DNA of 40,327 nt from assembly GCA_965370435.1 (NCBI GenBank), contig CBDUUP010000002.1:1-40327 (forward strand), in the 5' to 3' direction. This DNA is from an uncultured Anaerolineales bacterium. GTDB taxonomy: Bacteria > Chloroflexota > Anaerolineae > Anaerolineales > UBA11579. Position numbers and translations under genes: made by a program. Every line of letters starts with the position of its first letter. Within the stretch, counting starts at the first letter, position 1. Below, in pieces: positions 7,759 through 15,907 of this stretch. Below the pieces are notes generated by a model. That model made no database searches and had not been told where the DNA came from. It worked only from the letters and a program-made list of their open reading frames with translations.

Positions 7759-8244
7759 ATGGACAAACAAATCGAAGCCCATTCGGAAACCGCCCTCAAC
7801 TTGCTTGAGCGGATAGAGCACGACCCGGACGTAACCCAGGCCTCCCTGGCATCCCAGTTGGGCGTGGCGGTCGGCACGGTCAACTGGCACCTCAAACGCC
7901 TGGTAGCCAAGGGATACGTGAAAGTTAAACGCGCCGAGCGGAAGAAGCTGCGCTACATCATCACCGGCAAAGGGATTTCGCTGCGCGCCAGGCTGACGGT
8001 CAAATTCATCGAGAATTCTTTCAAACTGTACCGTCGGACCCGCAAGAGCGTGGCCGGCTTATTAAATGAAGTGCGTGCGGCAGGCTTTGACTCCGTGAGC
8101 ATTCAAGGCCAGGGCGACGTCGCCGATATCTGCCGTCTATCCTGCCTGGAGCAAGGCGTCACCGTGGTGGAGAATGCCAACTCCCCGGTTCTGGAGGTGG
8201 ACGGCCTGAAAGTGGTTCTGCACCTGGAGGAAATCCATGAGTGA
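7759..8244 (+). CDS. Winged-helix transcriptional regulator, EPS-associated MarR-family type, with a ~55-aa C-terminal extension
   Basis: The segment TQASLASQLGVAVGTVNWHLKRLVAKGYVKVKRAERKKLRYIITGKGISLRARLT matches the pattern of EPS-associated MarR regulators (HTH followed by the 'K..Y.LT.KG' wing). Confidence 0.75.
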   Translation: MDKQIEAHSETALNLLERIEHDPDVTQASLASQLGVAVGTVNWHLKRLVAKGYVKVKRAERKKLRYIITGKGISLRARLTVKFIENSFKLYRRTRKSVAGLLNEVRAAGFDSVSIQGQGDVADICRLSCLEQGVTVVENANSPVLEVDGLKVVLHLEEIHE

Positions 8245-9250
8245 ACCTGGACACGTTCTGATCACCGGAGGGGCCGGATATGTCGGCTCGGTGTTGGCCG
8301 GGGAATTGCTGCGGGCCGGTTACCGGGTGACGGTGATTGATGACCTGCTCTTCGGCGGCGATTCGCTGATCGCCTATCTATCCCATCCCAACTTCTATTT
8401 CGTCAAAGCCAACGTGTGGGAGTCACGCGCTATCCGCGATTCGGCGCCGGAGAGGTGGCCGGTCCCCCAGGCGGTGATCCATCTGGCGGGCATCGTCGGC
8501 TTTCCGGCTTGCCAGGCGGTGGGGCGGCAAGTGGCCTGGCGTTACAACGTGGAGGCCACCCAGCGGGTATTCGAGCAGTCCGAGCATCTGGGCGTGGCCC
8601 GGTTCATCTACGCTTCAACCTACAGCAATTATGGCCTTTCCCCGGATGGGGAGCCGGTCACCGAAGATTCGCCCCTCAACCCCCAATCGCTTTACGCCGA
8701 GACCAAGATCGCCTCCGAACGCTACTTGCTCGGCCAGATCGAGGCCGCCTGCGCCCCGTTGATCTTCCGCGTCGCCACCTTGTATGGTTTGTCCCCTCGC
8801 ACCCGCTTTGACCTGATCGTCAACCAGTTCGTGCTGGAGGCCTACACCAAGCGCGAGCTGTTGATCTACCAGCGCGGGTATTCGCGCTCCTTTTTGCATG
8901 TGCGGGACGCGGTGGGCGGCATCATGCTGGGGCTGGAAGCGCCGGACGAGAAGGCCCGCGGCCAGGTGTACAACCTGGGCATGGACGAGGGCAACCACAC
9001 CAAAGACGAGGTGGTAGCCTTGATCTTGAAACGCCTGCCAGAGACTACGGTGCGCTACAAAGACCTCACTTTCGGCGGCGACATGCGAGACATCACCGTC
9101 TCCTTTGAGAAGATACGGGACCAGTTGAACTTCAAAACCGAATTGACTGTGGATGACGGCGTGCGGGAAGTTTTGCACGCCTTGCGTCATGGCCTGATCC
9201 GCAGCCCCCAAGACCAGCGTTATCGCAACGCCCAATTTATCGTGCAATGA
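8237..9250 (+). CDS. NAD-dependent epimerase/dehydratase (extended SDR), specificity unknown
   Basis: VLITGGAGYVGS Rossmann motif, ASTYSNYG, and YAETK (YxxxK). The ATG overlaps the regulator stop by 8 nt. Confidence 0.8.
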   Translation: MSEPGHVLITGGAGYVGSVLAGELLRAGYRVTVIDDLLFGGDSLIAYLSHPNFYFVKANVWESRAIRDSAPERWPVPQAVIHLAGIVGFPACQAVGRQVAWRYNVEATQRVFEQSEHLGVARFIYASTYSNYGLSPDGEPVTEDSPLNPQSLYAETKIASERYLLGQIEAACAPLIFRVATLYGLSPRTRFDLIVNQFVLEAYTKRELLIYQRGYSRSFLHVRDAVGGIMLGLEAPDEKARGQVYNLGMDEGNHTKDEVVALILKRLPETTVRYKDLTFGGDMRDITVSFEKIRDQLNFKTELTVDDGVREVLHALRHGLIRSPQDQRYRNAQFIVQ

Positions 9251-9305
9251 TTTGCGTCACACGATTGAGAGAAATTATCAAAATGAAAGCTATTTCAAAC
9301 TTTTT

Positions 9306-9382
9306 ACCACAGAGACACAGAGTTCACAGAGTTTTTAAGCTTTTCTCTCTAAGCGAAGCGACGCACTCTGTGTCTCTGTGGT
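9306..9382. repeat. Hairpin repeat element, CACAGAGA subtype (perfect 17-bp inverted repeat, 43-nt spacer)
   Basis: ACCACAGAGACACAGAG (9306-9322) is the exact reverse complement of CTCTGTGTCTCTGTGGT (9366-9382). Each arm is itself a tandem of 8-nt CACAGAGA units. Confidence 0.85.
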
Positions 9383-9440
9383 GATATGTTTATAGATTTT
9401 GCATAATTAGATAATCGAAAACAACAATGAAGAGGTAGAC

Positions 9441-10397
9441 ATGGCAGAGAGAGATTTTTGGAAAGACCGGCGAGTTTGTGTCACAGGAGGGGCGGGGTTC
9501 TTGGGGTCGTTCATCCTGGAAAAGCTGGAAGAACGCGGGGCGGAAGACGTTTTCGTCCCCCACATTGAGGACTTCGACCTGACCCGGATGGAGGACATCA
9601 ACCGTATGCTGGACGAGGCCAAGCCGGACCTCATAATCCACCTGGCCGCGCTGGCGGGCGGCATCGGCATCAACCAAGAACGTCCGGCGGATTTCTTCTA
9701 TTATAACCTGATGATGGGTGTTCCGCTGATGCACCGCGCCTGCGAGGTTGACGTGGAGAAATTCATCGCCATCGGCACAGTCTGCGCCTACCCCAAGAAC
9801 ACTCCCATTCCTTTTAAAGAGGAGAATCTCTGGAAGGGCTACCCGGAGGAGACCAACGCGCCCTACGGGTTAGCCAAGAAGATGCTGCTGGTGCAGGCCC
9901 AGGCCTACCGCGAGCAGTACGGCTTCAACGCCATTTACCTGCTGCCGGTCAACCTCTACGGCCCCCGGGACAACTTCAACCTGGAGACCTCCCACGTCAT
10001 CCCGGCCCTGATCCGAAAGTGCATTGACGCCCAGGCGCTGGGCGACAAGGAGATCGTGGTGTGGGGCACCGGTTCCCCGACCCGCGAGTTCATCTACGCC
10101 GGGGACGCCGCCGAAGGCATCCTGCTGGCCGCCGAGCGGTACAACGACAGCGAGCCGGTCAACCTGGGGTCGGGCATGGAGATCAGCATCAAAGACCTGG
10201 CGATGAAGATCGTCCGCCTGACCGGGTTTGAAGGGGAGATCGTCTGGGACTCCAGCAAGCCGGACGGACAGCCGCGCCGGGCTTTGGACACCCAACGGGC
10301 CTTAGATTTTTTCGGCTTCCAGGCCCAGATGGACTTTGAAGAGGGTCTCCGCCGCACGATTGAATGGTACCGCTCTACGCTAGAGGACGGCGCGTAG
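9441..10397 (+). CDS. fcl: GDP-L-fucose synthase (GDP-4-keto-6-deoxymannose 3,5-epimerase/4-reductase)
   Basis: 318 aa. [64 protein letters not shown] and HVIPALIRK are typical Fcl/WcaG motifs. Confidence 0.9.
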   Translation: MAERDFWKDRRVCVTGGAGFLGSFILEKLEERGAEDVFVPHIEDFDLTRMEDINRMLDEAKPDLIIHLAALAGGIGINQERPADFFYYNLMMGVPLMHRACEVDVEKFIAIGTVCAYPKNTPIPFKEENLWKGYPEETNAPYGLAKKMLLVQAQAYREQYGFNAIYLLPVNLYGPRDNFNLETSHVIPALIRKCIDAQALGDKEIVVWGTGSPTREFIYAGDAAEGILLAAERYNDSEPVNLGSGMEISIKDLAMKIVRLTGFEGEIVWDSSKPDGQPRRALDTQRALDFFGFQAQMDFEEGLRRTIEWYRSTLEDGA

Positions 10398-10434
10398 GAA
10401 GGTCCAGTTTATAGGATTACATCCGAGAAACGCT

Positions 10435-11316
10435 ATGATGACCCCAGACCCAACCTTGATCTTCTTACATGTGCCCAAAGCCGCGGGGAGCACGCTGCAT
10501 GGGGTCATCAGCCGCCAATTTGTGCGCGGCCTCATCTATACTTGTGAGGTTGCGCGCCCGGAAAAGGTCATCGCCAACTTCAGGCAGCGTCATGGCCCTA
10601 CCGAAGAGCGCATACAGATGTTCAGCGGCCACATGCAGTTCGGATTGCACGAGTATATTTCCCGGCCCTGCTCCTATCTCGCCATCTTGCGCGACCCCAT
10701 CGAACGGGCCATATCCCATTATCATTATTTCTTGCGCATGCCCAAACTCCGGCTGCACCAGAAGGTCGAGGGGAAAGAGATCAGCTTTCAGGAATACGTC
10801 TCCGGCGGCATCACCCGTGAAATGGATAACGGCCAGACCCGCATCCTGGCGGGCGCAAAGGGCGTGCCTTTTGGAGGAAGCGCCCAGGAGATGCTGGAGC
10901 GGGCCAAAGCCAACATGCAAAAACACTTCGCCCTGGTAGGGCTGACCGAACGGTTTGACCAGATGTTGATTTTGCTGCGCTATATCCTGGGCTGGCGGAA
11001 CCTGTACTATTACAAGGCCAACGTCACCCGCAACCGCCCGCGCCGGGAGGATTTCCCCGCGGAAACCATTCGTATCATAGAAGAACACAACCAGTTGGAT
11101 CTGGCTCTTTATGCGCATGCGCAAAAGGTGTTTGACCATAAGGCCGCCCAACTGGACTCCTTTGAAAGCGAATTACAAACCTTCCAGGCCCGCAACCGGC
11201 GTTTTGGTTGGATCCTGTCCCGCACGTTGAGCCTGTGGATGCGGGGGAGGTCGTTGGCTTATAGTTTATCTTCTGGTTCTGGCCGGGGAGCGGCCTCAGA
11301 GAAGGGTGTCAATTAA
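10435..11316 (+). CDS. Sulfotransferase, family-2 type (Sulfotransfer_2-like)
   Basis: FLHVPKAAGSTL (PAPS 5'-phosphosulfate-binding loop type), ILRDPIERAISHYHY, and ALVGLTERFDQMLILL. It is a paralogue of the next gene. Confidence 0.75.
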   Translation: MMTPDPTLIFLHVPKAAGSTLHGVISRQFVRGLIYTCEVARPEKVIANFRQRHGPTEERIQMFSGHMQFGLHEYISRPCSYLAILRDPIERAISHYHYFLRMPKLRLHQKVEGKEISFQEYVSGGITREMDNGQTRILAGAKGVPFGGSAQEMLERAKANMQKHFALVGLTERFDQMLILLRYILGWRNLYYYKANVTRNRPRREDFPAETIRIIEEHNQLDLALYAHAQKVFDHKAAQLDSFESELQTFQARNRRFGWILSRTLSLWMRGRSLAYSLSSGSGRGAASEKGVN

Positions 11317-11317
11317 G

Positions 11318-12169
11318 ATGAACGCTTCCGCGCCGCTGGTGATCTTCCTGCACATCCCCAAGACCGCCGGGACCACCTTGCACCTTATCATGGCCCAGCA
11401 GTACGATCCCTGGGTGGTCTATCATTTTGCCAACAACCGCCCCTCCAAAGCGATCCATGATTTCCGGGCGCTGCCGCAAACCCGCCAGGAGGGCATGACG
11501 GCCTTGTACGGTCACGTTCCCTTCGGCCTGCACGAACACCTGGACCGGCCCTGCAAGTACATCACCATTCTCCGCGATCCGGTGGAGCGGATCATCTCCA
11601 ACTACTATTTTGTACTGCGCAGAGAGCGGCATTTTGCCCACCAGGGCGTGCGGGACGGCCAGATGTCGCTCAAGGATTTCGTCACCAGCAATATCGTGCC
11701 CCGAATGGACAACACCATGACCCGCATGTTGGCTGGTGCGCGGCGCATCCCCTTTGGCGAATGCCCTCCTGAGTTGTTGGAGGAGGCCCAGGCCAACCTC
11801 CGAGATCATTTCGCCCTGGTAGGACTCACCGAGCGGTTTGACGAAACCCTGATGCTCTTGCGCTCCATGCTCGGCTGGCCGGAGCCGTATTACGCCCGAT
11901 TCAACGTCACCCCCAACCGGCCCCGCCAGGCTGAGATCCCCGCCGACACCCTGAGCGCCATTGAAGAGATCAACCATCTGGATGTTGAATTGTACCGGCA
12001 CGTTCAACAATTGTTCGAGGAGAAGATCAGCCAGATGGATGGCTTTGACCGCCAGCTTCAGGCGTTCAAGGCACGCAACCAACGCTATGGCAAGCTCTTT
12101 TTCTCCTTCCGGCGCACGCTGGCCCGCGGCAAGAAGTTGTTCTACCGGATCACGCGAGACTACGAATAG
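11318..12169 (+). CDS. Sulfotransferase, family-2 type (tandem paralogue)
   Basis: FLHIPKTAGTTL, ILRDPVERIISNYYF, and ALVGLTERFDETLMLL. Colinear similarity to 10435-11316 along the whole length. ATG 11318 lies 1 nt after the upstream stop; the track's GTG 11306 is an alternative start. Confidence 0.75.
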   Translation: MNASAPLVIFLHIPKTAGTTLHLIMAQQYDPWVVYHFANNRPSKAIHDFRALPQTRQEGMTALYGHVPFGLHEHLDRPCKYITILRDPVERIISNYYFVLRRERHFAHQGVRDGQMSLKDFVTSNIVPRMDNTMTRMLAGARRIPFGECPPELLEEAQANLRDHFALVGLTERFDETLMLLRSMLGWPEPYYARFNVTPNRPRQAEIPADTLSAIEEINHLDVELYRHVQQLFEEKISQMDGFDRQLQAFKARNQRYGKLFFSFRRTLARGKKLFYRITRDYE

Positions 12170-12171
12170 AT

Positions 12172-13029
12172 ATGACAACTGACACACCTTTGACCGAACC
12201 CAAGACCGAAATCCAGCCCCTCATCCTGCGGCCCTCGCGAGGTTGGGTCTCTCTGAACCTGCGCGACTTGTGGCTGTACCGCGAGCTGATCTATTTCCTC
12301 ACCTGGCGGGACATCAAGGTGCGCTACAAGCAGACCTTGTTGGGCGCGGCCTGGGCCATCATCCAGCCGCTGCTCAACATGGTGGTGCTGACCGTCATTT
12401 TCGGCAGCCTGGCGGGATTATCATCGGAAGGGTATCCGCGCCCGGTTTTCATCCTGGTGGCGCTGCTGCCCTGGGGATTGTTCTCCAAAGCCTTGAGCGA
12501 TTCGGGGCGTTCGATGCTGGCGAACCGCAACATCATCACCCGCATCTACTTCCCCCGCTTGATTATCCCCCTGGCCTCGGTGTTGGGCGGCGTGGTGGAT
12601 TTTCTCATCGCCTTTGTGGTCTTGCTGCTGATGATGGCCTATTACAAATTGATTCCCACCGTGGCGGTATGGACGCTGCCCCTCTTCGTCCTGCTGGCGG
12701 TCTTCACCGCCCTGGGCGTGGGCCTGTGGCTTTCGGCCCTCAACGTCGCCTACCGGGACGTGGGCTACGTCTTGCCGTTCATGACCCAACTCTGGCTGTT
12801 GATAACCCCGGTGGGCTACTCCTCCACCGAGATCCCGGAGCAGTGGCAGATGCTCTACGCCCTCAACCCTATGGTGGGCGTGGTGGATGGCTTCCGCTGG
12901 GCCTTATTAGGCACCGATACCGGCCCCGGCCCGACCATGCTGGTTTCGGTGACGGTGGCATTGGTATTGCTGGTCAGCGGCTTGATCTATTTCCGGCGCA
13001 TGGAGCGCACTTTTGCGGACACGGTGTAA
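12172..13029 (+). CDS. wzm: ABC-2 type polysaccharide exporter permease (Wzm/TagG-like)
   Basis: 285 aa. LWLYRELIYFLTWRDIKVRYKQTLLGAAWAIIQPL is the canonical ABC-2 N-terminal motif. About 6 TM segments. Confidence 0.9.
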   Translation: MTTDTPLTEPKTEIQPLILRPSRGWVSLNLRDLWLYRELIYFLTWRDIKVRYKQTLLGAAWAIIQPLLNMVVLTVIFGSLAGLSSEGYPRPVFILVALLPWGLFSKALSDSGRSMLANRNIITRIYFPRLIIPLASVLGGVVDFLIAFVVLLLMMAYYKLIPTVAVWTLPLFVLLAVFTALGVGLWLSALNVAYRDVGYVLPFMTQLWLLITPVGYSSTEIPEQWQMLYALNPMVGVVDGFRWALLGTDTGPGPTMLVSVTVALVLLVSGLIYFRRMERTFADTV

Positions 13030-14309
13030 TGACGATGTCTGATATAGCTATTCGAGTTGAGAATTTGGGCAAGCGCTACCGGATCGGGGCCTATCAGGAC
13101 AAATACCGCACGCTGCGCGATTCCCTGGTGGAGGCGGTCACCTGGCCGGTGCGCCGCCTGCGGGGGCAGCTTCCGCCTTCCACCAACATCATCTGGGCCT
13201 TGCGGGAGATCACCTTCGAAGTGCCCCGCGGCCAGGTGTTGGGCGTGATCGGCCGCAACGGGGCGGGCAAAAGCACCCTGCTCAAGGTGCTCTCCAGAGT
13301 CACCGAGCCGACCGAGGGCTATGCCGAGATCTATGGGCGGGTGGGTTCCCTGCTGGAGGTGGGCACCGGCTTCCACCCCGAACTGACCGGGCGGGAGAAC
13401 ATCTACCTCAACGGCGCCATCCTGGGGATGCGGCGGGCTGAGATCAATCGCAAGTTCGATGAGATCGTGGACTTTTCGGGCATCGAGAAGTTCATTGATA
13501 CCCCGGTCAAACGCTATTCGAGCGGGATGTACCTGCGGCTGGCCTTCTCGGTGGCCGCTCATCTGGAGCCAGAGATATTGGTGGTGGATGAGGTCTTGGC
13601 GGTCGGGGACGCCGAGTTCCAGCGCAAGTGCCTGGGCAAGATGAGCGACGTGGCCCAGGCGGGCCGCACGGTGCTGTTCGTCAGCCACAATATGTCGGCG
13701 GTGCTGCGCCTGACCGAGCGGGCCATCGTCCTGGACAAGGGGAGGTTGATCTACGACGCCCCCTCGGGGGAGGCGGTGGACCATTACCTCTCCTCGGGGT
13801 TCTCCCAGGCCGGGGAACGAATCTGGGAAGCGGACGCTATCCCTCCCGGAGCGGCCCCCCTGCGCCCGGTCGCCCTGCGAGTCTGCGACCCAACCGGCCA
13901 GGTGGCCGACACCTTCCGCTCGGTGGAGCCGGTGACAATTGAGATGGAATATCAGTTGGATGAACCCATTCAGGGGCTGCGGGTGGGCTTCTATTTAATG
14001 ACCGCCCGGGGCGAGTTCGTGATGACCTCCTTCGACACCGACGCGCCGGAGCAGTATGAACGTTACGCCGTCCGGGAGGCGGGGCGTTACGTCAGCCGAT
14101 GCACCATCCCGGCGGACTTGCTCAACGAGGGCCGCTACGTGCTGGGTGTCAACGCCAGCGTCTACCGGGTCAAGCGTTATTTCCAGGATGAGAACGCGCT
14201 GGCTTTCACCGTGGACGGCAGCGGCGCGCCGGGCATGCAGTGGCCGGAGCCGCGTCCCGGACCGGTGCGCCCGCGCCTGGATTGGCAGATCGAGGAGGCC
14301 CCCGAATGA
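13029..14309 (+). CDS. wzt: Polysaccharide ABC exporter ATP-binding protein (Wzt/TagH-like) with a ~170-aa C-terminal beta-rich extension (Wzt_C-like)
   Basis: Walker A GRNGAGKST, signature YSSGMYLRL, Walker B ILVVDE. The ATG shares 1 nt with the wzm TAA. The part of ORF 12243-14309 upstream of 13029 is an out-of-context extension. The C-terminal domain call is by length and pattern only. Confidence 0.9.
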   Translation: MTMSDIAIRVENLGKRYRIGAYQDKYRTLRDSLVEAVTWPVRRLRGQLPPSTNIIWALREITFEVPRGQVLGVIGRNGAGKSTLLKVLSRVTEPTEGYAEIYGRVGSLLEVGTGFHPELTGRENIYLNGAILGMRRAEINRKFDEIVDFSGIEKFIDTPVKRYSSGMYLRLAFSVAAHLEPEILVVDEVLAVGDAEFQRKCLGKMSDVAQAGRTVLFVSHNMSAVLRLTERAIVLDKGRLIYDAPSGEAVDHYLSSGFSQAGERIWEADAIPPGAAPLRPVALRVCDPTGQVADTFRSVEPVTIEMEYQLDEPIQGLRVGFYLMTARGEFVMTSFDTDAPEQYERYAVREAGRYVSRCTIPADLLNEGRYVLGVNASVYRVKRYFQDENALAFTVDGSGAPGMQWPEPRPGPVRPRLDWQIEEAPE

Positions 14310-15904
14310 CCCCGGTGAGCAAGGCTGCTCTCAAACAGGCTCTAGGGGAACTCCCACTGACCGCCGAAATGTATTGGGCGCTGCGCCAGGGGCGGCGCGC
14401 CCCCAAAGGCTTCTCGTTGGACCGTTTGCAGGCGGCCTTACCGGAATGGCAGCGGCAGGCGGCGGCTTCGACCTGGAAGGCAGCGGCCCCGCGCAAGGTG
14501 ATGGTCTTCTGCACCCTGCGCTATTGGATCGAGCAGGCCGCGCTGATGGGCGCGGCCCTGGCCGGGCTGGGGCACGAGGTCACCCTGGCGTATCTGCCTT
14601 ACCGCCAATGGCAGCAAGAGGTCAACCGTTTCGACCTGCGCCGCCAGCAGGCTTACCTGCGCAGCGCGCTGAAGGGCAGCGCGCCGCTGATGCAGCCTCT
14701 CTCGCTGCTGGACGTAAAAACGGACGACGCCGAACTACCCGATGAGTTGATGAAGACCCTGCACGAGATTTCGGTGCGCGACGTCCAGTACACTGAGCAA
14801 GTCGAGGACGCCGACCTGGACAGCGATCTCTACCATTTCCGCCTGGCGCGCAACACCCAGGCCGCCCGCGCCGCTTCGACCTGGATGAAGGAAAACCAAC
14901 CGGATGTAGTGATCCTCCCCAACGGCAGCATCCTGGAATTCGGGGCGGTGTACGCGGCCGCTCGAAGCCAGGGCGTGCCGGTGGTGACGTACGAGTTCGG
15001 CGAGCAGCGCGACCGCATCTGGCTGGCGCGGGACGCCGAGATCATGCACCAGGATACCGACTCGCTCTGGGCCGCGCGCCAGGACCGGGAACTGTCCCCC
15101 GATCAATTGGCCCAGGTGCAGGACTTGTTCGCCTCCCGGCAGCGGGCCGACTTGTGGGAGAATTTCTCCCGCCGCTGGCAGGGCGTGGCCGCTCAGGGCG
15201 CGGAGAAAACGCGCGCTGAATTGGGTTTGGACGAACGCCCGGTGGCATTATTGGCCGCCAACGTCATCGGCGACAGCCTGACCCTGGGGCGGCAGGTCTA
15301 TACCGAGACCATGACCGACTGGCTCCAGCGCACGGTGCGATATTTCGCCGGACGCCCGGAGGTGCAGTTGGTGGTGCGGGTTCATCCGGGCGAGCGATAC
15401 CTGACCGGCCCCTCGGTGGAGGCGGTGGTTCAGGAAGCTCTGCCCGAACTACCGGACCACATCCACGTGGTGGCATTTGACGCCCAGATCAATACCTACG
15501 ACCTGGTCGCCTTCGCCGACCTGGGGTTAGTCTACACCACCACCACCGGCATGGAGATGGCGATGAGCGGCCTGCCGGTGATCGTCTCCGGCAAGACCCA
15601 TTACGCCCGCAAGGGCTTCACCCTGGACCCGGACACCTGGGAAGAGTTCACCCAATTGGTGGATCAAGCGCTGGGCGAGACAAACGGCCAGCGGATGTCT
15701 CAAGAGCAGGTGGAGCGGGCCTGGCATTACGCCTACCGGTTCTTCTTCGATTGCCCCCGCCCCTTCCCCTGGCATTTGCTGCACGTCTGGGAGGACCTGG
15801 AGACCTGGCCGCTGGCGCGTTTGTTCAGCGAGGAGGGCCAGGCCCAGTTTGGAGAGACGTTTGCTTACTTGGCCGGTGAGCCGATAGATTGGAATATGAA
15901 CTGA
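14306..15904 (+). CDS. Capsule_synth (KpsC/KpsS)-like putative glycosyltransferase, paralogue 1
   Basis: 532 aa from the ATG that overlaps the wzt TGA (ATGA). VVRVHPGE (HP motif) and TTTTGMEMAMSGLPVIV resemble capsule polysaccharide biosynthesis family motifs. Colinear with 34052-35650. Confidence 0.5.
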   Translation: MTPVSKAALKQALGELPLTAEMYWALRQGRRAPKGFSLDRLQAALPEWQRQAAASTWKAAAPRKVMVFCTLRYWIEQAALMGAALAGLGHEVTLAYLPYRQWQQEVNRFDLRRQQAYLRSALKGSAPLMQPLSLLDVKTDDAELPDELMKTLHEISVRDVQYTEQVEDADLDSDLYHFRLARNTQAARAASTWMKENQPDVVILPNGSILEFGAVYAAARSQGVPVVTYEFGEQRDRIWLARDAEIMHQDTDSLWAARQDRELSPDQLAQVQDLFASRQRADLWENFSRRWQGVAAQGAEKTRAELGLDERPVALLAANVIGDSLTLGRQVYTETMTDWLQRTVRYFAGRPEVQLVVRVHPGERYLTGPSVEAVVQEALPELPDHIHVVAFDAQINTYDLVAFADLGLVYTTTTGMEMAMSGLPVIVSGKTHYARKGFTLDPDTWEEFTQLVDQALGETNGQRMSQEQVERAWHYAYRFFFDCPRPFPWHLLHVWEDLETWPLARLFSEEGQAQFGETFAYLAGEPIDWNMN

Positions 15905-15907
15905 TGC

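Noticed and set aside
9387-9416. AT-rich stretch upstream of fcl as a promoter
   Set aside because: Only weak hexamers are present: GATAAT with a poor TGTTTA at -35, and CATAAT with TGGTGA. This is nothing like the consensus promoters at 2201 and 7705, so the support is insufficient.
12243-13028. N-terminal 262 aa of ORF 12243-14309, and analogous 5' extensions of ORFs 14240, 24457, 31852, 36653 and 38547
   Set aside because: The extensions overlap the preceding, well-supported genes in another frame and are Arg/Gly/Pro-rich. In each case homology-like sequence begins at an internal ATG placed at or next to the upstream stop codon (13029, 14306, 24745, 31972, 36722, 38637).
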